This document shows positions 1 to 10,095 of a DNA stretch of 64,000 nt, piece after piece. This DNA comes from an uncultured cyanobacterium (lineage in GTDB: Bacteria > Cyanobacteriota > Cyanobacteriia > CAKZMO01). The notes under the pieces are model-generated. The model made no database searches, had not been told where the DNA came from, and saw nothing but the letters and a program-made list of their open reading frames with translations. The DNA lies in contig CAVRCJ010000010.1 of NCBI GenBank assembly GCA_963719515.1, positions 832,001-896,000 on the forward strand, given 5' to 3'. The position numbers were made by a program, and so were the translations under genes. The number at the start of each line of letters is the position of its first letter. The first letter of the stretch is position 1.

Positions 1-1838
1 GCTTCCGGGAGTACGCCCTCTTCTTCACCGATCGCACTACGACGGCAAACGTTACGCCCAATCTATCGGAACCGCTAACCGACCTAGAGGACTGTACAAA
101 CATTGCGCAGTGCGGTCAGCGGCGCAGCAGCAGCGGCACCATCAACCTGCGGGCAGAACCGCTAGATGCGTCTACTCTTCGCGGGTCGGGTGAGAAACAT
201 CTCATGCTCAGCAGTATGCCGTACGGCGATCCGCGGACGCCGGTACTGCGGTCGTACAAGGGCGATCCGCTCATGTTCCGACTGCTGACCACAGCGACGG
301 AAGAAGTTCACCCCTTCCATATCACGGGCCACCACTTCCGCTGGGAGCGCTTCCAGGAAGATTCGCCACCCCTGTCGACCTTTGGGGTCGGTATCTCAGA
401 GCGCTTTAACGCCTTTATTGAGGCAGCTGGCGGCGCGGCGAGCAAGGCGGGCGACTACCTCTACCAGAACGGCACCCACCGCCACTTTATGGATGGCAAC
501 TGGGGCATTCTGCGGGTGCTTGACCAGGAGCAGTCCGATCTGATGCCGCTGCCCGGACATCCGGTTGCGTCGGCGGGGTCGGCTGGGTCGGCGTCAGTCA
601 TGAACCGTCTCGGTTTGAATAGCGCTGGCAATCCTGGCCCTGCTGGCGGTGTTTGCCCCGCTAACGCCAAGCTGCGGCAGTTCCAGGTCTCGGCGATCGC
701 CAAACCGTTCCTGTTCAACGATCAGCGCGCCACTTCATCTACAAATACTGACTTGGCCGGCTTTACCTATGTTCTAGATAAAGACCTGGTTCTAGATGCA
801 GCGGGGACTGTGACCGAAATTCTAGATCGAGAGGAGAACGCTGTCGCAATCGAACAGAGAGCGACGCTCGATCCGCTCGTCCTGCGGGCGAACGCTGGCG
901 ACTGCATCGAGGTGACGTTGACCAACCGCTTGAACAGCAGTCAGGGACATGCGTCCTTCCATATCGATCTGGTATCCACCGATCCTCAAAACTCGCTGGG
1001 TATCAATGTGGGCAACAACCCCGAGCAGACCGTCGCGCCGGGGGGCAGCCGCACCTACACTTACTACGCCGAGAAAGAGCTCGGGGCGGCGCTGATTCGT
1101 GACTATGGCGACCCGATTGACCACGCCCGCAAGGGACTCTACGGGGCGCTGATTGTGGAACCCGCTGGCTCCACTTATCTCGATCCCCATACCGGAGATG
1201 CCCTCGAAAGCGGGGTTGAAGCCATTATCTCGACGCCCGATCAGCCCGACTTCCGGGAGTTTGTCGCCCTCTTCCACGACGCTGACCCCGTAATGAGCAC
1301 GTTCAGCATGCCCTATGACGGCGAAGTTCGTGAAATGAGCGTGGTCAACTATCGGGCAGAGCCCTTTAGGTCTCGCCTTGAGTCTGGCAATCTCTATCTC
1401 GATGAGACGGCCTATACCAGTGCGGAGCAGATGGAGGCGTCTCAGAGCGTCTTCTCGGGTGACCCCGAAAGGCAAGACCCGATCACGAACGTGTTTGAAG
1501 CCTATGCCGGAGATCCGGTCCGCTTCCGCGTTCTCAGCGCCTTCAGCGAACAGCCGCAAATGTTCTCGGTCGAAGGGCACCTGTGGCCGTTGACGCCGGG
1601 TATCGAAGGGTCTACTAACGTCAGCGCCCGCTACCTGCCCTCGTCCGGCATCCTCAATGCCCACCTGAAGGGCGGCGGCGATGAGGCTGGCGGCGCAGGT
1701 GGCCCTCAGGCGCGTCCCGGCGACTATTTCTGGGGGAACGATCGCATGCCGTTCTTGAAGATCGGTCAGTGGGGACTGATGCGCGTCCACGACAAGGATG
1801 CCGAAGCCGGCATTCAACCCTTACCGGATGCCGACTAG
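1..1838 (+). CDS. Large multicopper oxidase (MnxG-like), C-terminal part; 5' end lies outside the window
   Basis: Frame is open from nt 3 (FREYALFF...) through the listed ORF 204..1838. It has the copper motif HPFHITGHHF, HRHFMDGNWG, PLVLRANAGDCIEVTLTN and HARKGLYGALIVEP, with repeated cupredoxin-like modules. Confidence 0.8.
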   Translation, partial: FREYALFFTDRTTTANVTPNLSEPLTDLEDCTNIAQCGQRRSSSGTINLRAEPLDASTLRGSGEKHLMLSSMPYGDPRTPVLRSYKGDPLMFRLLTTATEEVHPFHITGHHFRWERFQEDSPPLSTFGVGISERFNAFIEAAGGAASKAGDYLYQNGTHRHFMDGNWGILRVLDQEQSDLMPLPGHPVASAGSAGSASVMNRLGLNSAGNPGPAGGVCPANAKLRQFQVSAIAKPFLFNDQRATSSTNTDLAGFTYVLDKDLVLDAAGTVTEILDREENAVAIEQRATLDPLVLRANAGDCIEVTLTNRLNSSQGHASFHIDLVSTDPQNSLGINVGNNPEQTVAPGGSRTYTYYAEKELGAALIRDYGDPIDHARKGLYGALIVEPAGSTYLDPHTGDALESGVEAIISTPDQPDFREFVALFHDADPVMSTFSMPYDGEVREMSVVNYRAEPFRSRLESGNLYLDETAYTSAEQMEASQSVFSGDPERQDPITNVFEAYAGDPVRFRVLSAFSEQPQMFSVEGHLWPLTPGIEGSTNVSARYLPSSGILNAHLKGGGDEAGGAGGPQARPGDYFWGNDRMPFLKIGQWGLMRVHDKDAEAGIQPLPDAD

Positions 1839-1859
1839 GGCTACCCAGCGATCGCCAGA

Positions 1860-1972
1860 TAGGGCGCATCCTGTTGTACGCCCTACCTGGCCTCTGTTTC
1901 CCAAAAAACAAAATTGGCGTTGCTGATGTAGGGGATGCATTTTGTAGGGACAGGGCAGTGCCCTGTCCCTAC
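1860..1972. repeat. Two REP-like palindromes
   Basis: Perfect 14-bp stem GTAGGGACAGGGCA-G-TGCCCTGTCCCTAC (1944-1972) and TAGGGCG...CGCCCTAC (1860-1886). Confidence 0.7.
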
Positions 1973-2025
1973 GCCTCGCCTGAACGACTAAACCAACCGC
2001 TTACCAACCGACATAGGAGTTGAAA

Positions 2026-4302
2026 ATGGCCGACAATATTCTCAACTTGGCAGACTTCGACAAGGTCTACCCTGACTCAGTCGACCCGGTGCTGTCTCAA
2101 GCCTTCGAGAAAGAGACCCGAATTCCCAACACCCATACCGTTGATGAAAACGGTGACGAACTCACGCCGGCTTTGCACGCGTCAAAGTTGGTTACTATTC
2201 CGCTGTCGGGAGCAACTAGTTTGCTGGGGCACCGCATTACCCACCCCATCGTCGACTCTCCCTTGGTAGACCTTGAGGAAGCCTTTACTCGCCTGCGGAT
2301 GGCGGCGCAGGCGGCGGGTGATTCTCCTTTAGCCGATACCAGCGCAGCGCAAGACGCGAAAGATATTTTACTGGGGCGTACTAAAGGCCGCTATTACGAC
2401 GGCTTCGCGCTGCTGAACTACAACGCGGCACCTGAGCTGCCCAATGGACAGCTGACCCCCGACCATACTCCCAACGAATATAAAATGAAGCCGCTGACGC
2501 GGACAGGGCGCAAGCAGGTGAGCCCAATTGACGGGGTCAATCGAGAGATTTGGCAGGTGACAATCAACATGCTCTGGTATAACCAGAACTTCGACTCCGA
2601 CTGCTTCCTCCTGAGGTATCCGGAAGATGCCCATCCCAATGATACCTTCGAGATCAAATGGCGGATTTACTCCCTCATCCAAGAGGATCTAGCCCCCACT
2701 ACAATCGTCAATGATGCCGCAGGGCGCATTTTCCACGGCTTCGACAGTACGTTTCTCTCAATGTTTCAAGGGCACCTGAACGAAATTACCGTCAGTTATC
2801 CGTCTCTGCGAAACATGCGCCGACTCTACAACTGGGGCTGGGGCGTACATCCCCCGCGCATTCAGTTTATTCAACCCGTCTTTCGCAAGGTGCGAGACGA
2901 CGACGGCAACCCTGAGGGGGTAGTGTGCGAAAACAATGGCAAGTGCATTGTGCTCGAAGATCCCGATAAAAACCCTGAAAGCCTGACCTGCGAGCTAAAC
3001 AGCGAGGGGCAACAGGTGGGCTGGGAGCCAATATCATATTCTTGGGTGAAGCGCCTGCGCGACCTAAAGCTTGAGGATATTGGTGATGCCGCGCCGGAGA
3101 AGAAGGCGTATACAGTTGCCCAAGCGGCCCTTGACGGCGCAACGGGAACCGATCTCTTGATCATGCTGCATGACCCCGGCACTGGATCTCCCGAAATCTT
3201 GCGAAGTTGGGTAAACCTGGCGCGGGATCAAAATCAGCTACCGGATGAAGCCTGGAACAGGATCAAGGATGAACCTGACGTTGATCCTATTAGCGGCGCA
3301 ATTGGCCCCTATGACGTCGTCGTTGTCTATATGAACAACGAAATGTATGGGATTACGGCAGCCGGAACCAGCGTTGGCGGACTCAAGACGATCAAAGATT
3401 TTGAGCAGGGCGACATCGTTAAGGTGAAAGTCATCAACCTAGATAACCACACCCACTACTATCGCAACGTCGATTTTGGGGCGCGGTTTGTGAAGGCGAT
3501 CGCCGAAGTCTACGGTAACGGCAAGTTCAGCTTTGAAAAGTTCGACTCCAAACCGACCTACGGCATTCCCAAAGTTGCTGAGATGCAGTGGCGGACCGGC
3601 TGGGGCTACGTGCCTCATCGAGGCGTTCTTCAGCACAGTACCCTTTTCTCCCGCAACATCGACCGCAGTCGCCTTAGTCCCTTCACCGATCAGTTCGGTC
3701 AGACTAAATACGGCTACCAGTTCGCCGCACCCACGGTCAACAGCTACTTTCGGTTTAATCCGCCCGAAAAGATTCGCGCGGGGCACGGACACCCAATGAG
3801 CAGTCAACCGGGTCCTGATCCAATTAGCGAAATCAAACATACTGACTTCGGCCCAGGAGAGCCGCTCATGGATGACGGCGCGGAGGGGGTCAAAGTCGGA
3901 CGGGATACAGAAGGTTTTGGCGTCGCCAAGATGCCACAAGAAGGACCTTTTTGTCATCCCAATCCCAAAACGAGGCAGAAGCTAAGAGAAGAAGTAGAAG
4001 AATATCCAGGCTTTCTTCAGAATGACTGCGATGCCGCAGGCGGCGACATTATTCCACCCACGCCCGACTGGGGGCCCTTCCTGGTGCTGCATCCTGAAAC
4101 CGGCTGCCTAGAAGATCCAGCGGGTGGATTTTGGGTTGACAAAACCTACTTCCACGGACGGCCAGTGCCGGCGAACTGCAGCATTGACGTCAATGTGGAA
4201 CTGCCCCGCGCCACCGCCCAGCTGTTCTACCAGTTTGATCCGCTCTTCCACGACAACGCCATCTTCTCGTTCCATCCCCAGACGGATGCCGCCCGCAGTT
4301 GA
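2026..4302 (+). CDS. Hypothetical 758-aa protein downstream of the multicopper oxidase
   Basis: Long uninterrupted ORF with AGGAG RBS at about 2015; no family recognised. Confidence 0.85.
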   Translation: MADNILNLADFDKVYPDSVDPVLSQAFEKETRIPNTHTVDENGDELTPALHASKLVTIPLSGATSLLGHRITHPIVDSPLVDLEEAFTRLRMAAQAAGDSPLADTSAAQDAKDILLGRTKGRYYDGFALLNYNAAPELPNGQLTPDHTPNEYKMKPLTRTGRKQVSPIDGVNREIWQVTINMLWYNQNFDSDCFLLRYPEDAHPNDTFEIKWRIYSLIQEDLAPTTIVNDAAGRIFHGFDSTFLSMFQGHLNEITVSYPSLRNMRRLYNWGWGVHPPRIQFIQPVFRKVRDDDGNPEGVVCENNGKCIVLEDPDKNPESLTCELNSEGQQVGWEPISYSWVKRLRDLKLEDIGDAAPEKKAYTVAQAALDGATGTDLLIMLHDPGTGSPEILRSWVNLARDQNQLPDEAWNRIKDEPDVDPISGAIGPYDVVVVYMNNEMYGITAAGTSVGGLKTIKDFEQGDIVKVKVINLDNHTHYYRNVDFGARFVKAIAEVYGNGKFSFEKFDSKPTYGIPKVAEMQWRTGWGYVPHRGVLQHSTLFSRNIDRSRLSPFTDQFGQTKYGYQFAAPTVNSYFRFNPPEKIRAGHGHPMSSQPGPDPISEIKHTDFGPGEPLMDDGAEGVKVGRDTEGFGVAKMPQEGPFCHPNPKTRQKLREEVEEYPGFLQNDCDAAGGDIIPPTPDWGPFLVLHPETGCLEDPAGGFWVDKTYFHGRPVPANCSIDVNVELPRATAQLFYQFDPLFHDNAIFSFHPQTDAARS

Positions 4303-4535
4303 CCGCATCGCTAACTGCTGCAGTCTTATCCAGCAGCCTTTGGAGTCTATTCGGCGATCAGCTGGTCCTTATGAGAGATGAACGACAGCTGATCTCAACC
4401 TATATTAAGAACTGTATAGCTTTGCATTGACGCGCTGTGGGCAAGCGTCGACAGCACCGTTTTTGCTGGCTAGCGGCTGTCGCTCAGCCGCCACCGCCAT
4501 CCCGAAGGGCGGCGGCCCCTTCTCTTAATCTGAAT

Positions 4536-5300
4536 ATGACTTCTACCCCCTCTCTCTTGCCAGCGCCGTCTCTCCTTCCTCATCGAACCTTGGTCTCCCT
4601 ACTAGGCGTCTCTCTCTCTTTAGGAATTTTGGCCGCCTGGTTCGCTAGCGCTACCGCCCTCTTTTCCCTCGACTACGCCGCCCACAGCTGGCGTTGGATA
4701 GCCGCCGCCATTGTAGGCCACGGGTTCCTTTACACCGGGCTATTCATCGTCACCCACGACGCTATGCATGGTTCGGTTTGCCCTAGCTCGCCCCGCCTCA
4801 ACCACGCTATTGGCGCGATCGCCTCTTACGCCTACGCCCTGTTCCCCTACCACGTCCTCCGGGAAAAGCACCATATTCACCACCAGCATCCCACCGAACC
4901 CCAAGACCCGGACTTCCACGAAGGGCGCTTCGGCATTGTGTCGTGGTACTTCAGCTTTATCCAGCAATATTGGGGTTGGGGACAGTTCTGGGGCATTTCG
5001 CTCATCGTCTATCCTCTGATGTGGTTTTGCCACGTTTCTCCTGTTAACCTCCTACTATTTTGGATTTGCCCTTTCGTAATCAGCTCACTACAGCTGTTTT
5101 TCTTTGGCACTTACTTACCCCACCGTCGGGGGCAGGGCTACCCCAGCCGCTACTGTGCCAGAAGCCTGCCCTTGCCCTGGCTGCTTTCCCTCGGGGCCTG
5201 CTACCACTTTGGCTATCACGAAGAGCATCACCGGTATCCTCAAGCGCCCTGGTGGTGGCTGCCCACGGTTTATACGAAGCTCAAGCATCAGACTAGGTAG
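4536..5300 (+). CDS. crtW: Beta-carotene ketolase (fatty-acid-desaturase fold)
   Basis: His boxes TGLFIVTHDAMHG, KHHIHH and CYHFGYHEEHH, plus QLFFFGTYLPHR, typical of CrtW. Confidence 0.85.
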   Translation: MTSTPSLLPAPSLLPHRTLVSLLGVSLSLGILAAWFASATALFSLDYAAHSWRWIAAAIVGHGFLYTGLFIVTHDAMHGSVCPSSPRLNHAIGAIASYAYALFPYHVLREKHHIHHQHPTEPQDPDFHEGRFGIVSWYFSFIQQYWGWGQFWGISLIVYPLMWFCHVSPVNLLLFWICPFVISSLQLFFFGTYLPHRRGQGYPSRYCARSLPLPWLLSLGACYHFGYHEEHHRYPQAPWWWLPTVYTKLKHQTR

Positions 5301-5359
5301 GGACTGGGCACAGAATTTCCCAATTTGTGCAGGTGAGTCGCTATAGTTGGAGTAGGAAG

Positions 5360-5386
5360 TTAGCACTCACCTGATTAGAGTGCTAG
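5360..5386 (+). promoter_or_regulatory. CIRCE operator (HrcA site)
   Basis: TTAGCACTC-N9-GAGTGCTAG directly upstream of groEL. Confidence 0.92.
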
Positions 5387-7096
<1,710 letters not shown>

Positions 7097-7143
7097 CCCT
7101 GGGCACTCGTTGCTAAAGCGTCAATGCTTGGCGTTAATTTGTG

Positions 7144-7175
7144 AGCGGTCTTCAATAAACGAAGGCCGCTTTTTT
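7144..7175 (+). terminator. Intrinsic terminator after groEL
   Basis: Stem AGCGGTCTTC/GAAGGCCGCT followed by a T-run. Confidence 0.75.
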
Positions 7176-7228
7176 GCTGTATTGGGCTTGCTGTATTGAA
7201 TTCGCTGTATTGGGCTTGCTGTATTAGG
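7174..7228. repeat. 14-bp tandem repeat (TTGCTGTATTGGGC), about 4 copies
   Basis: Four imperfect consecutive copies. Confidence 0.8.
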
Positions 7229-7437
7229 TCTTTTATACCGGGCTTACGGTATTGAGTAAAATCCAAAACGATTCGTTTGCAGCTGCTTTGGGGCACCCAT
7301 TCCTACAGCGATCGCCCGTGACCTCGCTCAACCGTATGTAAGACACCCCAGCTTGATAAGGGCCGAGCGACAACACTGCGGTGTAAACGTTAGAATTCTA
7401 CATAGTTGCCATATTCATTTTGTAAGGAGAGAGTCTC

Positions 7438-7941
7438 ATGTTCGAGAACTTACTTCCTCCGTTAAATAGCCACAACCTGCCCTACCCGGATACTATTCAT
7501 CCCATTGTGGTTCACTTTGTCATTGCGATGGTTTTGTTTGCCATCCTTTGCGACGGAATTGGATACTTCACCAAGAATACCCGTCTGCACGAAGTGGGCT
7601 GGTGGAATATGGTGTTTGCGACGGTTTCTATCTTTATCGCCATATTGTTTGGCCAAGTCGAGGCGGGGCTAGCTACGCCCTATGCCGCAGCTGCCGGCGC
7701 CCTCAATTTGCACACTCTCATTGGCTGGTCGCTGTCCGCCATTTTGGCGCTGATTACCGGCTGGCGCTACATTATCCGCCTCAAGACGCCCGGCTCCTTG
7801 CCTACGGCATATATGGGCGTGAATGCGGCTTTACTCGCGCTGGTGCTCTTTCAGACCTACCTTGGCGACAAGCTGGTATGGGTCTACGGCCTGCATACCG
7901 AGGCCGTTGTTGAAGCAGCGCGAGGGGGGCTATTGCGGTAA
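7438..7941 (+). CDS. DUF2231-like membrane protein
   Basis: IHPIVVHF motif, four hydrophobic segments and a terminal LGDKLVWVYG. Confidence 0.75.
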   Translation: MFENLLPPLNSHNLPYPDTIHPIVVHFVIAMVLFAILCDGIGYFTKNTRLHEVGWWNMVFATVSIFIAILFGQVEAGLATPYAAAAGALNLHTLIGWSLSAILALITGWRYIIRLKTPGSLPTAYMGVNAALLALVLFQTYLGDKLVWVYGLHTEAVVEAARGGLLR

Positions 7942-8621
7942 TGGCAGGATTTCCTTTAGGGTCTAGCGCTTTTTTGATCCTCGGCGCAGAAGGCAATGGG
8001 CTGCCCTACGTTGTGCCTATTCACCCCAACCTAGTGCATCTGACGCTAGGGCTATTTATTGTGGCGATCGCCTTCGACATTGTCGCCGCCCTCTACCCGC
8101 TAGAAAAGCCGATCTTCAAGTTCTTGGCCATTCCCGCCACCGTCTCCGGGCTGTACGACGTGGGATGGTTCAACATGGTTGCCGCCTCAATCATCACCTT
8201 TTTCACGGTCGCGGCTGGGTTCTATGAAATTCTGCTGGCGGAACCCTCTAGCGACGTGGTCAGCCCCTGGGGTCTCAACGCCACCAACACCATGGTTTGG
8301 CACGGCCTCGGCGGCGTCCTGCTGCTAGGCCTGATTGTCGGAATGACGGTCTGGCGAGGGTTTCAGCGTTATCTGTGGCGAGAGGACCGGGCGCGGCAGG
8401 TGCAGTGGAGCTATCTGGTGGCCGGGCTTGCCATCTTCGGCCTCATGTTTGCCCAAGGAACGCTGGGCGCTCACCTGGGCGCTGATTTTGGGGTTCACGT
8501 AACGGCAGATCGGCTAATTCGGGCGGGAATTAACCCAAATGAGCAGATCAACGCGCCGCTGAGTGACGCCTTGAATGAGCCGCCTGTGGTGGGAAATAGG
8601 GAATTTGGCCCTGAGGATTAA
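7941..8621 (+). CDS. DUF2231-like membrane protein (second paralogue)
   Basis: IHPNLVHL motif and QGTLGAHLG; translationally coupled to the previous ORF (TAATG). Confidence 0.75.
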   Translation: MAGFPLGSSAFLILGAEGNGLPYVVPIHPNLVHLTLGLFIVAIAFDIVAALYPLEKPIFKFLAIPATVSGLYDVGWFNMVAASIITFFTVAAGFYEILLAEPSSDVVSPWGLNATNTMVWHGLGGVLLLGLIVGMTVWRGFQRYLWREDRARQVQWSYLVAGLAIFGLMFAQGTLGAHLGADFGVHVTADRLIRAGINPNEQINAPLSDALNEPPVVGNREFGPED

Positions 8622-8758
8622 TTTTGAGAATTGTACGGAAAGCCCTCACCCCCATCCTCTCTCCCAGCATGTATTTGTTTAGCGCAGCCTTGGCCCTCTC
8701 CCCCGGACCCTTTCCCAAGGATTGGTAGAGGGGAGTCTGGTCCCCTTCCCTCAGAATT

Positions 8759-8978
8759 GATACCGCTGGCGAAATATTTCGTAACGGTGTTTAGCATCCT
8801 GGAGGCCCCCTCCGCCCTCAATCCTGGGGGAACCAGAAAAATGCCAGACCTCTTGCTATTAAATGCTTTCAAGAATTCTGACTTCGAATCTTGCTCCCCC
8901 AAACTTGGGGGCTGGGGGGCCTCTTTAAGGGGTGAAACAGCACGAATGTTACAAGGTATGAAATTCGCCAGCGGTATC
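8759..8978. mobile_element. 220-bp MITE nested in a C/G-rich short dispersed repeat
   Basis: Perfect 15-bp terminal inverted repeats GATACCGCTGGCGAA / TTCGCCAGCGGTATC, with AGAATT directly repeated on both flanks (8753-8758, 8979-8984). Confidence 0.75.
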
Positions 8979-9117
8979 AGAATTAGGGGAAGGGCTAGGG
9001 ATGGGGGCCTTCCAAAACGCTAGACATGCACCCTAGTACTGCCATATTTCTACAAAGTGCAGACCCCGGATCAACAACGCCACACATTCAGCCCAAACAC
9101 TCCACATCAAGAGGCAA

Positions 9118-10095
9118 GTGAACACTGATAACGATAGAACTAGGGATCTAGGCCGGGTACTGGATCGACGCAGGATTATTCGCTTATCGATACTGGCGAT
9201 CGCCAACCTGCTTATCAGTCTCTGGATGGGACAGCAGGCCTACAGCTGGATGCCGCTGCAGGCCTCCGCCGAGGCCGTGCTGGTAGACAAGCTATTTAGC
9301 TTTATGACCGCCGTAGGCTGCTTTATCTTCCTTGGGGTAATCGGCACACTGCTGTATTCCATGCTGTTTCAGCGCGCAGCCAAATACGATGCCAGCGATG
9401 GTCCTCCCATTGAAGGCAACGTCAAGCTAGAGATCATCTGGACCGTCGTTCCCATCATCCTGGTGATCTGGATAGGTACGGTGAGCTACCGGACCTACGA
9501 CCAGATGAGCCTTCTCGAGCCGTTCGCCCCCAAAGAGGTGAGCTCTGTGGGCACCGTGCCCCTCGACTCCACCAAAAAAGTGGATACGGGCGTTGAAGCG
9601 ACTCTCGATTCACCCCCGATTGAAGTGTTGTCCCGGCAGTGGTCTTGGGAGTTTCGCTACCCCCAGCAGGACGTTAGCAGTACGGAGCTGCACCTGCCGG
9701 TGAATCAGCGCGCCCAGCTAAAGCTGACGTCGGAGGACGTGCTGCACGGCTTCTATGTCCCGGCGTTTCGAGTGAAGCAAGACATCATTCCGGGCCAGGA
9801 GATCGACTTCTCGTTTACGCCAATTTTAGAAGGGCGCTACCGCCTGCGGGATTCAGCGTACAGCGGCACCTATTTTGCCGCCAATCAGACCAACGTCGTG
9901 GTGGAATCGGAAGCGGCCTACCAGCAGTGGCTGGCCACCGCCGCCGCAACCTCACCCACACCGGCTGAAAACGTTGCCTACCAAGAGTTTAGCCGCTCCG
10001 CTGGCGGACCCATTAGCTTAGGCTGGGCCACCGTCAGGCCCGCCCCCGCCCCTATAGTCAACCACACTAGCTCAGAACAGGACTCCTATGAGTAA
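9118..10095 (+). CDS. ctaC: Heme-copper oxidase subunit II lacking the CuA site (alternative respiratory terminal oxidase type)
   Basis: LEIIWT, QWSWEFRYP and DVLHGFYVPAFRVKQD are present; the CxxxCxxxH region reads DSAYSGTYF. Confidence 0.88.
   Translation: MNTDNDRTRDLGRVLDRRRIIRLSILAIANLLISLWMGQQAYSWMPLQASAEAVLVDKLFSFMTAVGCFIFLGVIGTLLYSMLFQRAAKYDASDGPPIEGNVKLEIIWTVVPIILVIWIGTVSYRTYDQMSLLEPFAPKEVSSVGTVPLDSTKKVDTGVEATLDSPPIEVLSRQWSWEFRYPQQDVSSTELHLPVNQRAQLKLTSEDVLHGFYVPAFRVKQDIIPGQEIDFSFTPILEGRYRLRDSAYSGTYFAANQTNVVVESEAAYQQWLATAAATSPTPAENVAYQEFSRSAGGPISLGWATVRPAPAPIVNHTSSEQDSYE

Noticed and set aside
822..1817. 331-aa minus-strand ORF and similar antisense ORFs over groEL, DUF362, trpC, GH57 and rplL
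   Set aside because: Shadows of well-supported GC-rich genes, with no recognisable motifs.
8631..9023. 130-aa ORF between DUF2231 and ctaC
   Set aside because: Made up of repeat and MITE sequence (Pro/Gly-rich), with no RBS.
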